Positions 19,420 through 28,547 are shown, counted from the first letter of the stretch. The stretch is DNA of 32,261 nt from a virus (IMGVR_UViG_3300049200_000026:1-32261), one strand, 5' to 3'. Notes: a model not told the origin generated them from the letters alone. Numbers and translations: made by a program.

Positions 19420-20976
19420 TTAGTAGAATTTCTTTTGCTGCTTTTTCTTTGGGCGTACCTCTTCTTCTTCCTCTTCTTCATCCTCGCTATCGCTCGGTGG
19501 CACAGCTTTTCTGAATTTAGCATCAGCAGCTTTCTTTCTCTTTTGAGCAGGAGTTTCTTCTTCCTCCTCCTCATCTTCTTCTTCCAGTTCTTCGTCTTCT
19601 TCTATCTCTTCAATCTCTTCAATCAAGCCCTCTTCCTCTTCATCTATCGTTTCATAATCATCTTCCTCTATTTCTTCCTCTTCTTCATCTACCACTTTGT
19701 TTTTCCCTGCCTTAGAAGACTGAATTGGAGGAATATCTCGAACAGGTCTTGAAGTTCCTTGTTTACTTTTGGATTTTGGAGTCTCTTCCTCCTCATTGTC
19801 ATCTTCTTCAGTAGATAAAGTTTTTCCTGTTACTTTAGCTTTATTTTTCCTAGTCGGAGGAGTTTCGTCATCATCCCATCTTTCCTCTTCTTCCTCTTTC
19901 TGTTTTTGTTTAGCCCTAGCTTTCTCAGCATGAACATTTTTAACCGGGTTAATTCCTAGAGTCTTTTTCTTTGCTTCTCCTAATACCTTGTCAGCAAAAC
20001 TCTGTGAGTAGTTATCGTCCAATGGATTATCACTAGCTTCAAAGCCGGGTATCTCATAACCCACTTGTTGAATTATCTTCCCCAACTCAGTCAACTTACC
20101 GTCACCAAGAAACAACATCTTGTTTGCCATCTGCTGATAGGTAAGGAACTTCTCAGCTTCAATCTTATGGAGTTCATGGACACCGTAAGAACTAGGATCA
20201 AAGGTTAATAGCTCTGTCTTATCTTTCCCATACGGCATATTTCTATACTGCAATGGGCCTTGCTTACCTTTAAACTCGAAGGTATATTCCCTGCTATTCT
20301 TTCCAACACCTTCACCCTCTGCCCCTACTGCAATATTTAACCCGGTTTCAAGCTCAAAGTACTTCAATAATTCCTCCTCCTCTATCTCATCATCACCTAT
20401 CTCAAGTTTAACAAATCGTTCCAATGATTGAAGTATTTTCTTTAAACCAGAGGGAGACATTTCCCAGACATACAAGCCACTTGGAACAACACCCTCTTTT
20501 ACCTTACCTTTGTCATCAAGTGGCTCAGGCAACGCTTGTCTGAGATAAAAGAATGGAGCAATGATTCTAGTTTTGCTACGCAATATGTTGTTTAATTCTT
20601 TGCGATCTAATCCATATTCTTTTTCCAATGCTTCAAGAGCGACACAGGCTACACAACCATTGGTTTTGATCTTTTCTCCCTCTGCTTTATTCAACTTCTT
20701 GGTTTGAATCAAATACTTTCTAATACCTTGCTTGTTATCCATTACATAATCAAGACACAGACCAGACCAGAAGGTTGATTTTTGTCCCATATCATGTACT
20801 CGAAAAGACCTAAAGAATCTATCAATGTCATTATCATACTCTGGATCATGACCGACATTCAGTATTCTTCCTACGTGAACTCCTTCTGAAAACTTAATAA
20901 ATATATTTTTGAAGTCAGATTTAGAGTTTTCGTTAGCCCACGACATCATATCACTGAAGCTCATTTTATTAGCCAT
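19420..20976 (-). CDS. Putative ssDNA-binding protein (gp32-like) with long charged tail
   Basis: AAGGAG RBS; FIKFSEGVHVGRIL start, H..C..CVAC possible Zn site, YVWEM, REYTF, acidic tail; between polymerase and nuclease. Confidence 0.55.
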   Translation of the reverse strand: MANKMSFSDMMSWANENSKSDFKNIFIKFSEGVHVGRILNVGHDPEYDNDIDRFFRSFRVHDMGQKSTFWSGLCLDYVMDNKQGIRKYLIQTKKLNKAEGEKIKTNGCVACVALEALEKEYGLDRKELNNILRSKTRIIAPFFYLRQALPEPLDDKGKVKEGVVPSGLYVWEMSPSGLKKILQSLERFVKLEIGDDEIEEEELLKYFELETGLNIAVGAEGEGVGKNSREYTFEFKGKQGPLQYRNMPYGKDKTELLTFDPSSYGVHELHKIEAEKFLTYQQMANKMLFLGDGKLTELGKIIQQVGYEIPGFEASDNPLDDNYSQSFADKVLGEAKKKTLGINPVKNVHAEKARAKQKQKEEEEERWDDDETPPTRKNKAKVTGKTLSTEEDDNEEEETPKSKSKQGTSRPVRDIPPIQSSKAGKNKVVDEEEEEIEEDDYETIDEEEEGLIEEIEEIEEDEELEEEDEEEEEETPAQKRKKAADAKFRKAVPPSDSEDEEEEEEEVRPKKKQQKKFY

Positions 20977-21011
20977 ATCAAGTAATCTCCTTTATTCCAT
21001 TGTTACAAGTA

Positions 21012-21326
21012 CTAATCTTCTTCTGTGTGGAAAGTTTTACTAAAATGTTTTCTGTTATACTCCAAATGTATCGGAGTAAGAATTTCGATTAGTCTTTTAC
21101 GTTCGTCCTCATACTTTTTTATTTGTTCTGGGGACATTGCTTGCCAAGTATCATCCTCGCCAGTATAACCCAATATCTTATTAAGGTGTTGGAGTTTATA
21201 CGCCATCCCTATCATTGGATTCGATGTACCCTTTTTCCTTTTAAGATAGTAGGTACGTTTATAATTCTCCGGGTTATTTTTTTTCTCCTGTTTTTTAACC
21301 CGGTTAAATTTATTCCTTCTCTTCAT
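21012..21326 (-). CDS. Hypothetical basic protein
   Basis: GAGG RBS; tightly packed ORF. Confidence 0.55.
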   Translation of the reverse strand: MKRRNKFNRVKKQEKKNNPENYKRTYYLKRKKGTSNPMIGMAYKLQHLNKILGYTGEDDTWQAMSPEQIKKYEDERKRLIEILTPIHLEYNRKHFSKTFHTEED

Positions 21327-21507
21327 ACTTACCTCTGATAATCAAGGTTTGTACTTGTTTACGGTATATTTTCCTGTGCTTCTTCATCTCCTTCTCGGTT
21401 GGCGGTCTAAGTCTTACATTGTTTTCTAAAGGTTGCCTAAGATATGCTTTACCTTCAGAATAAACTCGCTCAAGTTTAACTTTGGTTATATTTACTTTTT
21501 GGCTCAT
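21310..21507 (-). CDS. Hypothetical basic protein
   Basis: Overlap-coupled small ORF. Confidence 0.5.
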   Translation of the reverse strand: MSQKVNITKVKLERVYSEGKAYLRQPLENNVRLRPPTEKEMKKHRKIYRKQVQTLIIRGKYEEKE

Positions 21508-21694
21508 ATTCTTGTATCTCTCTTTCTTCTGTTAGCCCTATACCCTGCATGTCTATAGTTTCTTCATCATTGAAATCATAGACAAATACATGGTTGTATC
21601 CTGCGGCTAATAATTTTTCTTTTATTTCTTTATAAGCCTCTTGGCTTATAGCTAATGTCACAAACGTATGTGTTCTTCTAAGACCTCTTGGCAT
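21476..21694 (-). CDS. Hypothetical protein (start probably MPRGLRR at 21694)
   Basis: GGAG RBS; start adjacent to the polymerase stop. Confidence 0.55.
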   Translation of the reverse strand: MPRGLRRTHTFVTLAISQEAYKEIKEKLLAAGYNHVFVYDFNDEETIDMQGIGLTEEREIQEYEPKSKYNQS

Positions 21695-21695
21695 A

Positions 21696-23618
21696 TCATC
21701 TCCATCTTGAAAGATAGTCACATTTAAATTCCAACGGCACTGTAATATCAACTCCAAACACTTCCAGGATGTATTCCTTAATATCTACCTCCATAATCCT
21801 TTGCATATCCTTTTTGAGTTTAGCCATACTACCACGATTATAGTTATTCTTGACTTCACAAAGAATTGAATCATGGACTTGTAGCAAAATACATCCATCC
21901 CATTCAGGATTCTGTTGAAAGTATTTATCAAGCAATATCATCCCAATAATAGGTAGCCAACCGGAAGCGGTTGATTGGATGATAAAGTTTATCCCTTGCC
22001 TGATAGCTCTCTTTGAGTCTTGATCTTTCCAGTTTTCATTTGCATTGGGTAGTCTCCTTATCTGGCCTAACGGCATCCTCACGTATTTGTGAGTGATGAT
22101 GAATTGTTCTACTTGTTTTTTCCATCTAACTATATTGGGATATAGTTTCTTTCTATCATTGCAAAGCTGAATACACTCCTCTAATTCCCAATATATTCCA
22201 TTCTTTACCATCTCTCTTTGCAATCTCTCAGGTGATGCCCCATATATCTCCCCAAAGTTGATATTTTTTATACCTACTCTCAAGTTTTTTACATCTTGAT
22301 ACTCTCTAGCTGTCGGAGTATCTAGTAACTTCAGAGTATCTTCGTAGTCTCTGCCTGTCATCTCGCATAGAGTAGCAGTATGAATGTCTTTTCCTTCCTC
22401 AAACATCCTTAACATTCGTTTCTCTTTAGCTAACCATGCTGCTATGCGTAGCTCTATTTGGGAGAAATCGCCTTCAAGGAATATATAACCGGGGCGTGGT
22501 ATGTATACTCCCCTAAATTCAGAACCACGTTTTTGATTCTGCATATTAGGATTACTACTACTTAACCTACCTGTAGCAGTAACACCTATGTTGAAAGAAG
22601 TGTGGACGCAACCATCGGCTTGAATCCATTTGGGAAGTTTTCCATAGTACTTTTCATTCAATCCTACTAACTTGTTATACTCAAGTAACTTCTCTATAAA
22701 TACTGTACCTCTTTCACTTCTAGTGCCGCATTGTTCCTGTCTTATCCTGATAATTGATTCTGAATCTGTACTACCTGCGCCTGTATTAGTCCATTTAACC
22801 GGGTTAAAATCAAACTTATTAAACAGAATACTGGCTAATTGCTTTGGGCTATCTGGATTAAATGGACTCATAGCCAATTCTTTTAACTCTTGCCGTATGT
22901 CTATGAGATGTTCATACAACTTCATTTGCTCACGCTTGGCGTATTCTTGGTCTACCAGCACCCCTCTTGTTTCCATCTTAGACAGAACAGGTATAGCCTG
23001 ACAACCTATGCCCATGATTTTAGTTAGTCCATGTTCTTCTAATGCTGGATCAAGATACCCGTCTTTTATAAGTCTAGTCGCCTTAGTATCTCTCATGTTG
23101 TAGAGCAATTCATCATCGGGGTGCATCTCTCTTAGTTTACGCCTATTGATCTTAGTTTTATACTGATTCATCACTTCGTATCTGTCGCACAATTCTTCGA
23201 GAGACACGTATATATCATTCTCATTGAGGAAATATGCGCCAAGCATAGTATCATAGGCAAGACATCTCATCTTCCATTTGAACTTATAGCACAGAAAGTT
23301 CAAATCAAACTTGATATTGTGACCACAGACCATTACTTCGGGTGATTCAATAATCCTTTGAACTAACTTTAACCCGGTTAAACTGTATTCTCCATCTAGT
23401 CTAAATCCATATTGCTTCCCATTAACACTTAAAGCAATGGAGAGTATTTCTGTTTTAGGATCATATGGATTTAAACCGTTATCCTCTGGCCCGATAGTCT
23501 CTATATCAAGGTTGACAACTTTACCTATTACTTCTCGAAAGAGTAATGCCCCAATGCCGAAGTAATTCTTAGGCCACTTCTCAAGTTTAGGATATTGCAT
23601 AGGGAGAATCTGTTGCAT
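21696..23618 (-). CDS. polA: Family A DNA polymerase with 3'-5' exonuclease
   Basis: Exo motifs LDIET, GHNIKFD, YNMRD; pol motifs TATGRLSSSNPNMQN, DFSQIELR, KNINFGEIYG, QVHDSI. Confidence 0.97.
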   Translation of the reverse strand: MQQILPMQYPKLEKWPKNYFGIGALLFREVIGKVVNLDIETIGPEDNGLNPYDPKTEILSIALSVNGKQYGFRLDGEYSLTGLKLVQRIIESPEVMVCGHNIKFDLNFLCYKFKWKMRCLAYDTMLGAYFLNENDIYVSLEELCDRYEVMNQYKTKINRRKLREMHPDDELLYNMRDTKATRLIKDGYLDPALEEHGLTKIMGIGCQAIPVLSKMETRGVLVDQEYAKREQMKLYEHLIDIRQELKELAMSPFNPDSPKQLASILFNKFDFNPVKWTNTGAGSTDSESIIRIRQEQCGTRSERGTVFIEKLLEYNKLVGLNEKYYGKLPKWIQADGCVHTSFNIGVTATGRLSSSNPNMQNQKRGSEFRGVYIPRPGYIFLEGDFSQIELRIAAWLAKEKRMLRMFEEGKDIHTATLCEMTGRDYEDTLKLLDTPTAREYQDVKNLRVGIKNINFGEIYGASPERLQREMVKNGIYWELEECIQLCNDRKKLYPNIVRWKKQVEQFIITHKYVRMPLGQIRRLPNANENWKDQDSKRAIRQGINFIIQSTASGWLPIIGMILLDKYFQQNPEWDGCILLQVHDSILCEVKNNYNRGSMAKLKKDMQRIMEVDIKEYILEVFGVDITVPLEFKCDYLSRWR

Positions 23619-23623
23619 ATCAT

Positions 23624-23842
23624 TTAATCCTCATTCCTAGACCAACCTTTGATTGCTCTAGCTACATCTAAAGCGTTCATCAATTCATTCAATTTGTTTT
23701 CTGATAGCAGAATTTTTGTACCTATTCCATCTCTGTCATTAGCATTTTGAACGAATAATACTACATGCTCTACTCCTGTATAAACTTCTATACTATGGTC
23801 AAAGATACCTTCTGTTACTGTCTTACCTATTGTTGTACTCAT
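23624..23842 (-). CDS. Hypothetical protein
   Basis: AAGGAG RBS fused to the palindrome at 23855. Confidence 0.6.
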   Translation of the reverse strand: MSTTIGKTVTEGIFDHSIEVYTGVEHVVLFVQNANDRDGIGTKILLSENKLNELMNALDVARAIKGWSRNED

Positions 23843-23869
23843 TTTGTTTCTCCTTTTAACCCGGTTAAA

Positions 23870-23995
23870 TTACTTATGGATAGTCCTTACCAATCCTCTG
23901 ATCCCTTCTACTATCACTTCAAGTAACAGCAAAGTACCCAACCATATCCAAAAACTGCTAAAAATAAACTTTAGTATTTCTAAAAACGTACACAT
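23870..23995 (-). CDS. Small membrane peptide, 41 aa (MCTFLEILKFIFSSFWIWLGTLLLLEVIVEGIRGLVRTIHK)
   Basis: Not in the ORF track; GGAG RBS; stop abuts the palindrome 23855-23869. Confidence 0.6.
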   Translation of the reverse strand: MCTFLEILKFIFSSFWIWLGTLLLLEVIVEGIRGLVRTIHK

Positions 23996-23999
23996 ATAT

Positions 24000-25664
24000 T
24001 TACTCCAAGTCTAATTTGTTTAAGTCAATATCCTTCATCATTTGTTTAAAGGATGTTTCCTTTATTCTTTGATGTGGATAATTAGTTTTAAAGAACGTTG
24101 TACCAGTAGGCCCGCGTGTATTCTTTCTGAGGTTACACCTAATCTCTTCTTTTGATGTAACATCCAAGACAATTGCGCCTTGCGCTGAAGAAAGTATTGC
24201 GGCTGAGCCAGAAAACAAGTGTCCGTCTTGTTTTCCATAGTTAATTGCAGGCATTCTGGATGCACATATGATTGTTTTACCATCATGTTTAGCTAAGTTT
24301 ATCAATCCTTTTAGGTTTGTTTCTATAGCCAACCTTTGATCTGATATAAGAGATGGCATATCTTGTAACAAATCAACAATAACCACGTCGAATATGTCTT
24401 TAGCATGGGTGATTTCCTCTATTGTTAGATCGTTCATGATTCTAGTTTTACTTAGTACATACTTCAACCATTCCTCTGTTTTTGGCTCTACTATATTGTA
24501 GTCTTCTTCAATGGCAGGCCACTTGTGCTTAGACTTCCTGCTAGCTAGCCTAGCTATTATTTGGTCTTTGGGAAGTTCATTTTCTACGCATAGTATTCTA
24601 GCCCCTTGCTCGACCAAGCAATCAATAGCGTCAATAGTAACAGTAGTCTTACCCACCCCCGGCTCACCACCTATCACATATAAACCTTGTGTAAACTTGA
24701 GTAGAGAGATACTTGTATTCCAGTACCTAAGTCTAGTTTTCTTCTTCAATTCCTCTAGGTAATTGCTATCGTATGTTTCATACTTGCTTGTTTGCTCTTT
24801 AAGCCAATGTTTCAGTGTCTCTTCATCTTCCCCATACAGATAGTTGATGTCTATCTTTATCTTGTGGTCGTGATCTTTGGGTACATATAATTCAAGTATA
24901 ATAGGGATGGCTCCCCATTCTTTTAATCTCTCTGCGGCTTGCTTAGCTCCCTTATTTCCACCAAAATCTCTATCGTAAATTATAAAGACCGTCTTGCCAC
25001 GCAATAGATAGGCTTGTTCCTCTGATAACTCTGCGCCAAATGAGAGTAACACATTCATTATTCCCATTTGGATCATAGCAAGGTAGTCTGTCAACCCTTC
25101 CACTAGAAAGAAGAATTTGAATTGGGAGATTCTCTCTTCACCAAATAATCCCTTCTCTTTTGCTCCACTTTCGTTGATGAATCTAGGTCGCTCTTGATTG
25201 ACCTCTCCCATATTACGACCGACCCACTTACCTTTGAAACCGTATCTGAAACATAGATAATCATCAACGATGGTGCCGCCCAATGAATTAACTGTCTTGA
25301 TTCTAATGTGCTTCTCCTCTTCAAATCTTTCCAGTATTTCGATGTCATGGCTATGTCCATTACCGTTGTTTAACCCGGTTAAATTATCTTCTTCGTCTTT
25401 AGCTTTAGGCATATCATCTTTTATCTGTATAGTTCTAGTGTATACTTGGATTGGGGAGTGATTGCCTTTCTCTTCCCATAAATTGCGTAGTCCAATAGAT
25501 TTATGACAACCTTTACACCTAAACCACCCCCCGTTGTTATCAAATATAACAGCGGCAGAAGGGTGTTTATCGTTGTGATAGATACACCGAACACCTATCC
25601 ATTTATGTTCGGTGTATCTTCTCACACCTAAGAGATTGCATATTTTCTCTTGGAGTTTGTTCAT
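24000..25664 (-). CDS. DNA primase-helicase
   Basis: Zn finger CIYH...CKGC; TOPRIM LVEGLTD...YDRD; Walker A GEPGVGKT; Walker B VVIVD. Confidence 0.93.
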   Translation of the reverse strand: MNKLQEKICNLLGVRRYTEHKWIGVRCIYHNDKHPSAAVIFDNNGGWFRCKGCHKSIGLRNLWEEKGNHSPIQVYTRTIQIKDDMPKAKDEEDNLTGLNNGNGHSHDIEILERFEEEKHIRIKTVNSLGGTIVDDYLCFRYGFKGKWVGRNMGEVNQERPRFINESGAKEKGLFGEERISQFKFFFLVEGLTDYLAMIQMGIMNVLLSFGAELSEEQAYLLRGKTVFIIYDRDFGGNKGAKQAAERLKEWGAIPIILELYVPKDHDHKIKIDINYLYGEDEETLKHWLKEQTSKYETYDSNYLEELKKKTRLRYWNTSISLLKFTQGLYVIGGEPGVGKTTVTIDAIDCLVEQGARILCVENELPKDQIIARLASRKSKHKWPAIEEDYNIVEPKTEEWLKYVLSKTRIMNDLTIEEITHAKDIFDVVIVDLLQDMPSLISDQRLAIETNLKGLINLAKHDGKTIICASRMPAINYGKQDGHLFSGSAAILSSAQGAIVLDVTSKEEIRCNLRKNTRGPTGTTFFKTNYPHQRIKETSFKQMMKDIDLNKLDLE

Positions 25665-25879
25665 AGGCTTTCAAACTCTTCATTGAGAGCAATGTTTAGT
25701 TCGCAAATGGCAATACCGTGATGGCAATTATCTACAATAATTTCATCTATCTTATTTTTATCCTGGATATATTGACCGTTTTTTACACCGTGCTTTTCAG
25801 CTATGCTCTCAAAAATAGAAATTCCTACTGGAAAATTTCTATCTGTGGCGTCATAAATATCTATAGTTTTTTCAATCAT
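25661..25879 (-). CDS. Hypothetical protein
   Basis: GAGG RBS; ATGA overlap with the primase start. Confidence 0.6.
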   Translation of the reverse strand: MIEKTIDIYDATDRNFPVGISIFESIAEKHGVKNGQYIQDKNKIDEIIVDNCHHGIAICELNIALNEEFESL

Positions 25880-26105
25880 ATTTCCTCACAAGTTTAATAG
25901 TTATTTCTTAACAGTGTAGTCTTCAAATTCCACGCCAATCATTTTTAGTGTAGTTGCATTAGCCTCGGTAATTTTTATGAGTGACCAGTTCACTGTGTGA
26001 CCGCAATCTACCTGTACTTTTAGGCTATATTTATCTTTATCATCCTTAATCACTTTAACTTTGGCACTTGTCATTTCTTTACTCATATTTCCTCACAAGT
26101 TTAAT
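25876..26105. repeat. 23-bp direct repeat TCATATTTCCTCACAAGTTTAAT flanking a 61-aa gene
   Basis: Identical copies at 25876-25898 and 26083-26105. Confidence 0.9.
25901..26086 (-). CDS. Hypothetical protein, 61 aa
   Basis: GAGG RBS within the direct repeat. Confidence 0.6.
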   Translation of the reverse strand: MSKEMTSAKVKVIKDDKDKYSLKVQVDCGHTVNWSLIKITEANATTLKMIGVEFEDYTVKK

Positions 26106-26453
26106 GATCGTTGGTAGATACTTCTTCCATTCATTCAGCGGTAGAAGTTTGCCCTTAGAAGTCTTCTTTAACCTCTCTTTTTTAACCCCGTTAAATTCCT
26201 CTGCTTCTTTTTTAAATATCCTGATGTCAAGATACTTTCTATCCTCCACTTTGTTTCTGAGAATACGAATGACTATCCATTCATCGTCTCTCTTATTCCT
26301 GCTTTGTATGGGAATTACCCTTTCGAGCAATTCCCATACCGTTGATTCTTGTTTAAGTTTACGGCTTACATTATCACTATGAGATAAGTAAACCAATTCA
26401 TCCCAATCATCTAGAAATTGGGATACATAGAGATTGCCAGAATGCCATCTCAT
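26079..26453 (-). CDS. PC4/YdbC-like ssDNA-binding protein
   Basis: YLDIRIF...TSKGKLLPLNEW matches the PC4-fold signature (Y.DIR...T.KG..L...W). Confidence 0.7.
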   Translation of the reverse strand: MRWHSGNLYVSQFLDDWDELVYLSHSDNVSRKLKQESTVWELLERVIPIQSRNKRDDEWIVIRILRNKVEDRKYLDIRIFKKEAEEFNGVKKERLKKTSKGKLLPLNEWKKYLPTIIKLVRKYE

Positions 26454-26703
26454 TAAGTGACGCCTGAATATGGCTAATTTTCTCCATCCCTTTAGTTTTC
26501 TGAGCCACGTTACGAAATTTCTTTTCCGTAAGGAAATTACCTCCTTCGATGTATTCGTCTACTTCTGTGATGACTTTCTGGACTGATACGGGTATGCGCT
26601 CTCTAGGTTTTCTTTGTTTTGGCTTAGGTGTTTGTCGTTGAATGTTGTCTATGTCGTCCCAATTCTCATCATATTGATTTAACCGTGTTAAATTATTCTG
26701 CAT
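26407..26703 (-). CDS. Hypothetical protein
   Basis: AAGGAG RBS. Confidence 0.6.
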   Translation of the reverse strand: MQNNLTRLNQYDENWDDIDNIQRQTPKPKQRKPRERIPVSVQKVITEVDEYIEGGNFLTEKKFRNVAQKTKGMEKISHIQASLNEMAFWQSLCIPISR

Positions 26704-26806
26704 ATTGTCTCCTTAGTGAATTTGACAATAGGAGGGTAATGTAATAACATACACTTACCTTCCTAGATTGACCATTTTCTACGTTGCAAATTAGCTTTAC
26801 TTACAC

Positions 26807-27085
26807 TTACAAACTCTCAGCCATTTTCTTTCCTTCAGATTCAACCCTGCCATAGTTGAATACGTCAGAATACATCTCAATCCTTTTGATATAGGATTGT
26901 ATTTCTTCTGGGGTCATGGTCTGTTGTTCTTCTTCTTTATGTTCTTTTTCCCATTCCATCAAATTGTCCATATCTATATCAACATCAGACCAGTATTTAA
27001 TCCATTTCTTTAACGCGTTGATTTGCTTTTCAAGTTCTTTAGTTTTTCTTTCAATTTCTAAGTACTGTTCTAGTGTTAAATGCAT
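26807..27085 (-). CDS. Hypothetical coiled-coil protein
   Basis: AAGGAG RBS. Confidence 0.6.
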   Translation of the reverse strand: MHLTLEQYLEIERKTKELEKQINALKKWIKYWSDVDIDMDNLMEWEKEHKEEEQQTMTPEEIQSYIKRIEMYSDVFNYGRVESEGKKMAESL

Positions 27086-27087
27086 AT

Positions 27088-27453
27088 CTACTCCTTTGGT
27101 GGTGTATATTGACTGTAAATTCTCCCTTTATACGGTCTAAATGTCCCTAGAGAGGGGTCTTTTCCATCAGAGACAAGCATATCTAAATCATCGCCTCTGA
27201 GTTCCATATCAATATATTCTTTCAAAACATTGTTTAGAATAAACTCCCTTGAAAGATTATATTCTAAAAGCGATTGAAATCTTTTATGTGTCAATTTGAT
27301 AATCTTGAATTGCCTATCCATTGGCAATTCAAGCAATCTTTCTTTTGCTCCTTCATCAATAGTTTTGTTATGGTTCGGCAAATTTAAACGATTGCAGTTT
27401 TCACAAACTATAGTAATATCTGCATTGTTTCGGAGGCATATTACGCATAACAT
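27088..27453 (-). CDS. Hypothetical protein with N-terminal CxxC..CxxC Zn finger
   Basis: CVIC...CENC; AAGGAGG RBS. Confidence 0.6.
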   Translation of the reverse strand: MLCVICLRNNADITIVCENCNRLNLPNHNKTIDEGAKERLLELPMDRQFKIIKLTHKRFQSLLEYNLSREFILNNVLKEYIDMELRGDDLDMLVSDGKDPSLGTFRPYKGRIYSQYTPPKE

Positions 27454-27914
27454 AATTTTTCCTCCTTCTTCCTTCTGATACTTCTCCTTTCAGTGGCTAT
27501 TTCTACAGTTTCAGAAATGTTTAGCTTACATGCTCCTTTTCTTTCTTGTATCAGGATTAAACAACTGTCTGGCTGAGCTACGTTGTTAGTTTGTGGGTAG
27601 CTATCAATCAATTTCCATCTAGCCTCTTGTAGAGTTATTGGAAATTCTACTTTCCATGTTCTGTATTCCAGCTCTGCCGCATACATGAGCATGGGGTTTT
27701 TTAACACAGTTAAAGGTTTGACTATTTGTGTAATGTGACAACGGACAAGATCATCTATTTTATCTAGGACTTTGATTTTGAGGTCTTTATTGTGGAAGGC
27801 TTTCTTGAGTTGAATTTGGTCTAGGTATTTGGTATATTCCGTTGTTCTGTTTTGGCAGTAAATCCTAACGAAGTGAGGTACTTCTATTTCTACTTCAGGC
27901 ATATTGTCTAACAT
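27441..27914 (-). CDS. Hypothetical protein
   Basis: 157 aa ORF coupled to the downstream gene. Confidence 0.6.
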   Translation of the reverse strand: MLDNMPEVEIEVPHFVRIYCQNRTTEYTKYLDQIQLKKAFHNKDLKIKVLDKIDDLVRCHITQIVKPLTVLKNPMLMYAAELEYRTWKVEFPITLQEARWKLIDSYPQTNNVAQPDSCLILIQERKGACKLNISETVEIATERRSIRRKKEEKLCYA

Positions 27915-28004
27915 GTGTAACCTACTTTCTTATTTAAGGAGCATAACGCATTCTGCTGTGTGTTATGCTCCGGGAGATGTAGTGGGAGTAAGAATTTAAC
28001 CGTG

Positions 28005-28547
28005 TTAAACTGTCAATGGGCCTTCTGGTTCTTCTTCCCAATCATGTATAACTATTGTAGGATTTATTTCACAAGCCAATTCTTTAATCCACCCTCTATG
28101 GATGGCAATTTGCTCTGCCATGAGTATACGTGGATATACTTCTGGATTATCTTTCCAATGTTCTTTGGCTTGTTCAAGGCTGAAGTTTCTACAACCTGCT
28201 AGGATACGAATGCAATGGGATTCTGGATAATCGTTTGTATTTCTAATTGCAATGAATGCCCAACCTCTATCATCTATTCCTAATTCTATGTTTGATTTGT
28301 GTGGTGGACACGCAAAATCAGTATCGTGTCTTTGTTCCCATTGCTTGTCAATAAAATATATTTGACCGCCTTCGGATGCATGTAAAACCTTAGCTACTAA
28401 TTTTCCTCCATGCATCAATCTGTATTCTGTTGACCATCCATTAAATCTACAAGGTTCTGTTATATCAGAATGCACCAAAGTTTCGGTAGTGACATCAACC
28501 AAAATTCGCAGCATATTGGTGAAACGCTGTCTATCAACTAATTCCAT
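28005..28547 (-). CDS. Hypothetical early protein
   Basis: AAGGAG RBS; first gene after the promoter at 28660; stop lies inside the palindrome at 27995. Confidence 0.65.
   Translation of the reverse strand: MELVDRQRFTNMLRILVDVTTETLVHSDITEPCRFNGWSTEYRLMHGGKLVAKVLHASEGGQIYFIDKQWEQRHDTDFACPPHKSNIELGIDDRGWAFIAIRNTNDYPESHCIRILAGCRNFSLEQAKEHWKDNPEVYPRILMAEQIAIHRGWIKELACEINPTIVIHDWEEEPEGPLTV

Noticed and set aside
16923-23618. Z-genome (2-aminoadenine) system from MazG plus PolA
   Set aside because: No PurZ or DatZ-like gene is recognisable in the window; MazG and PolA alone are common
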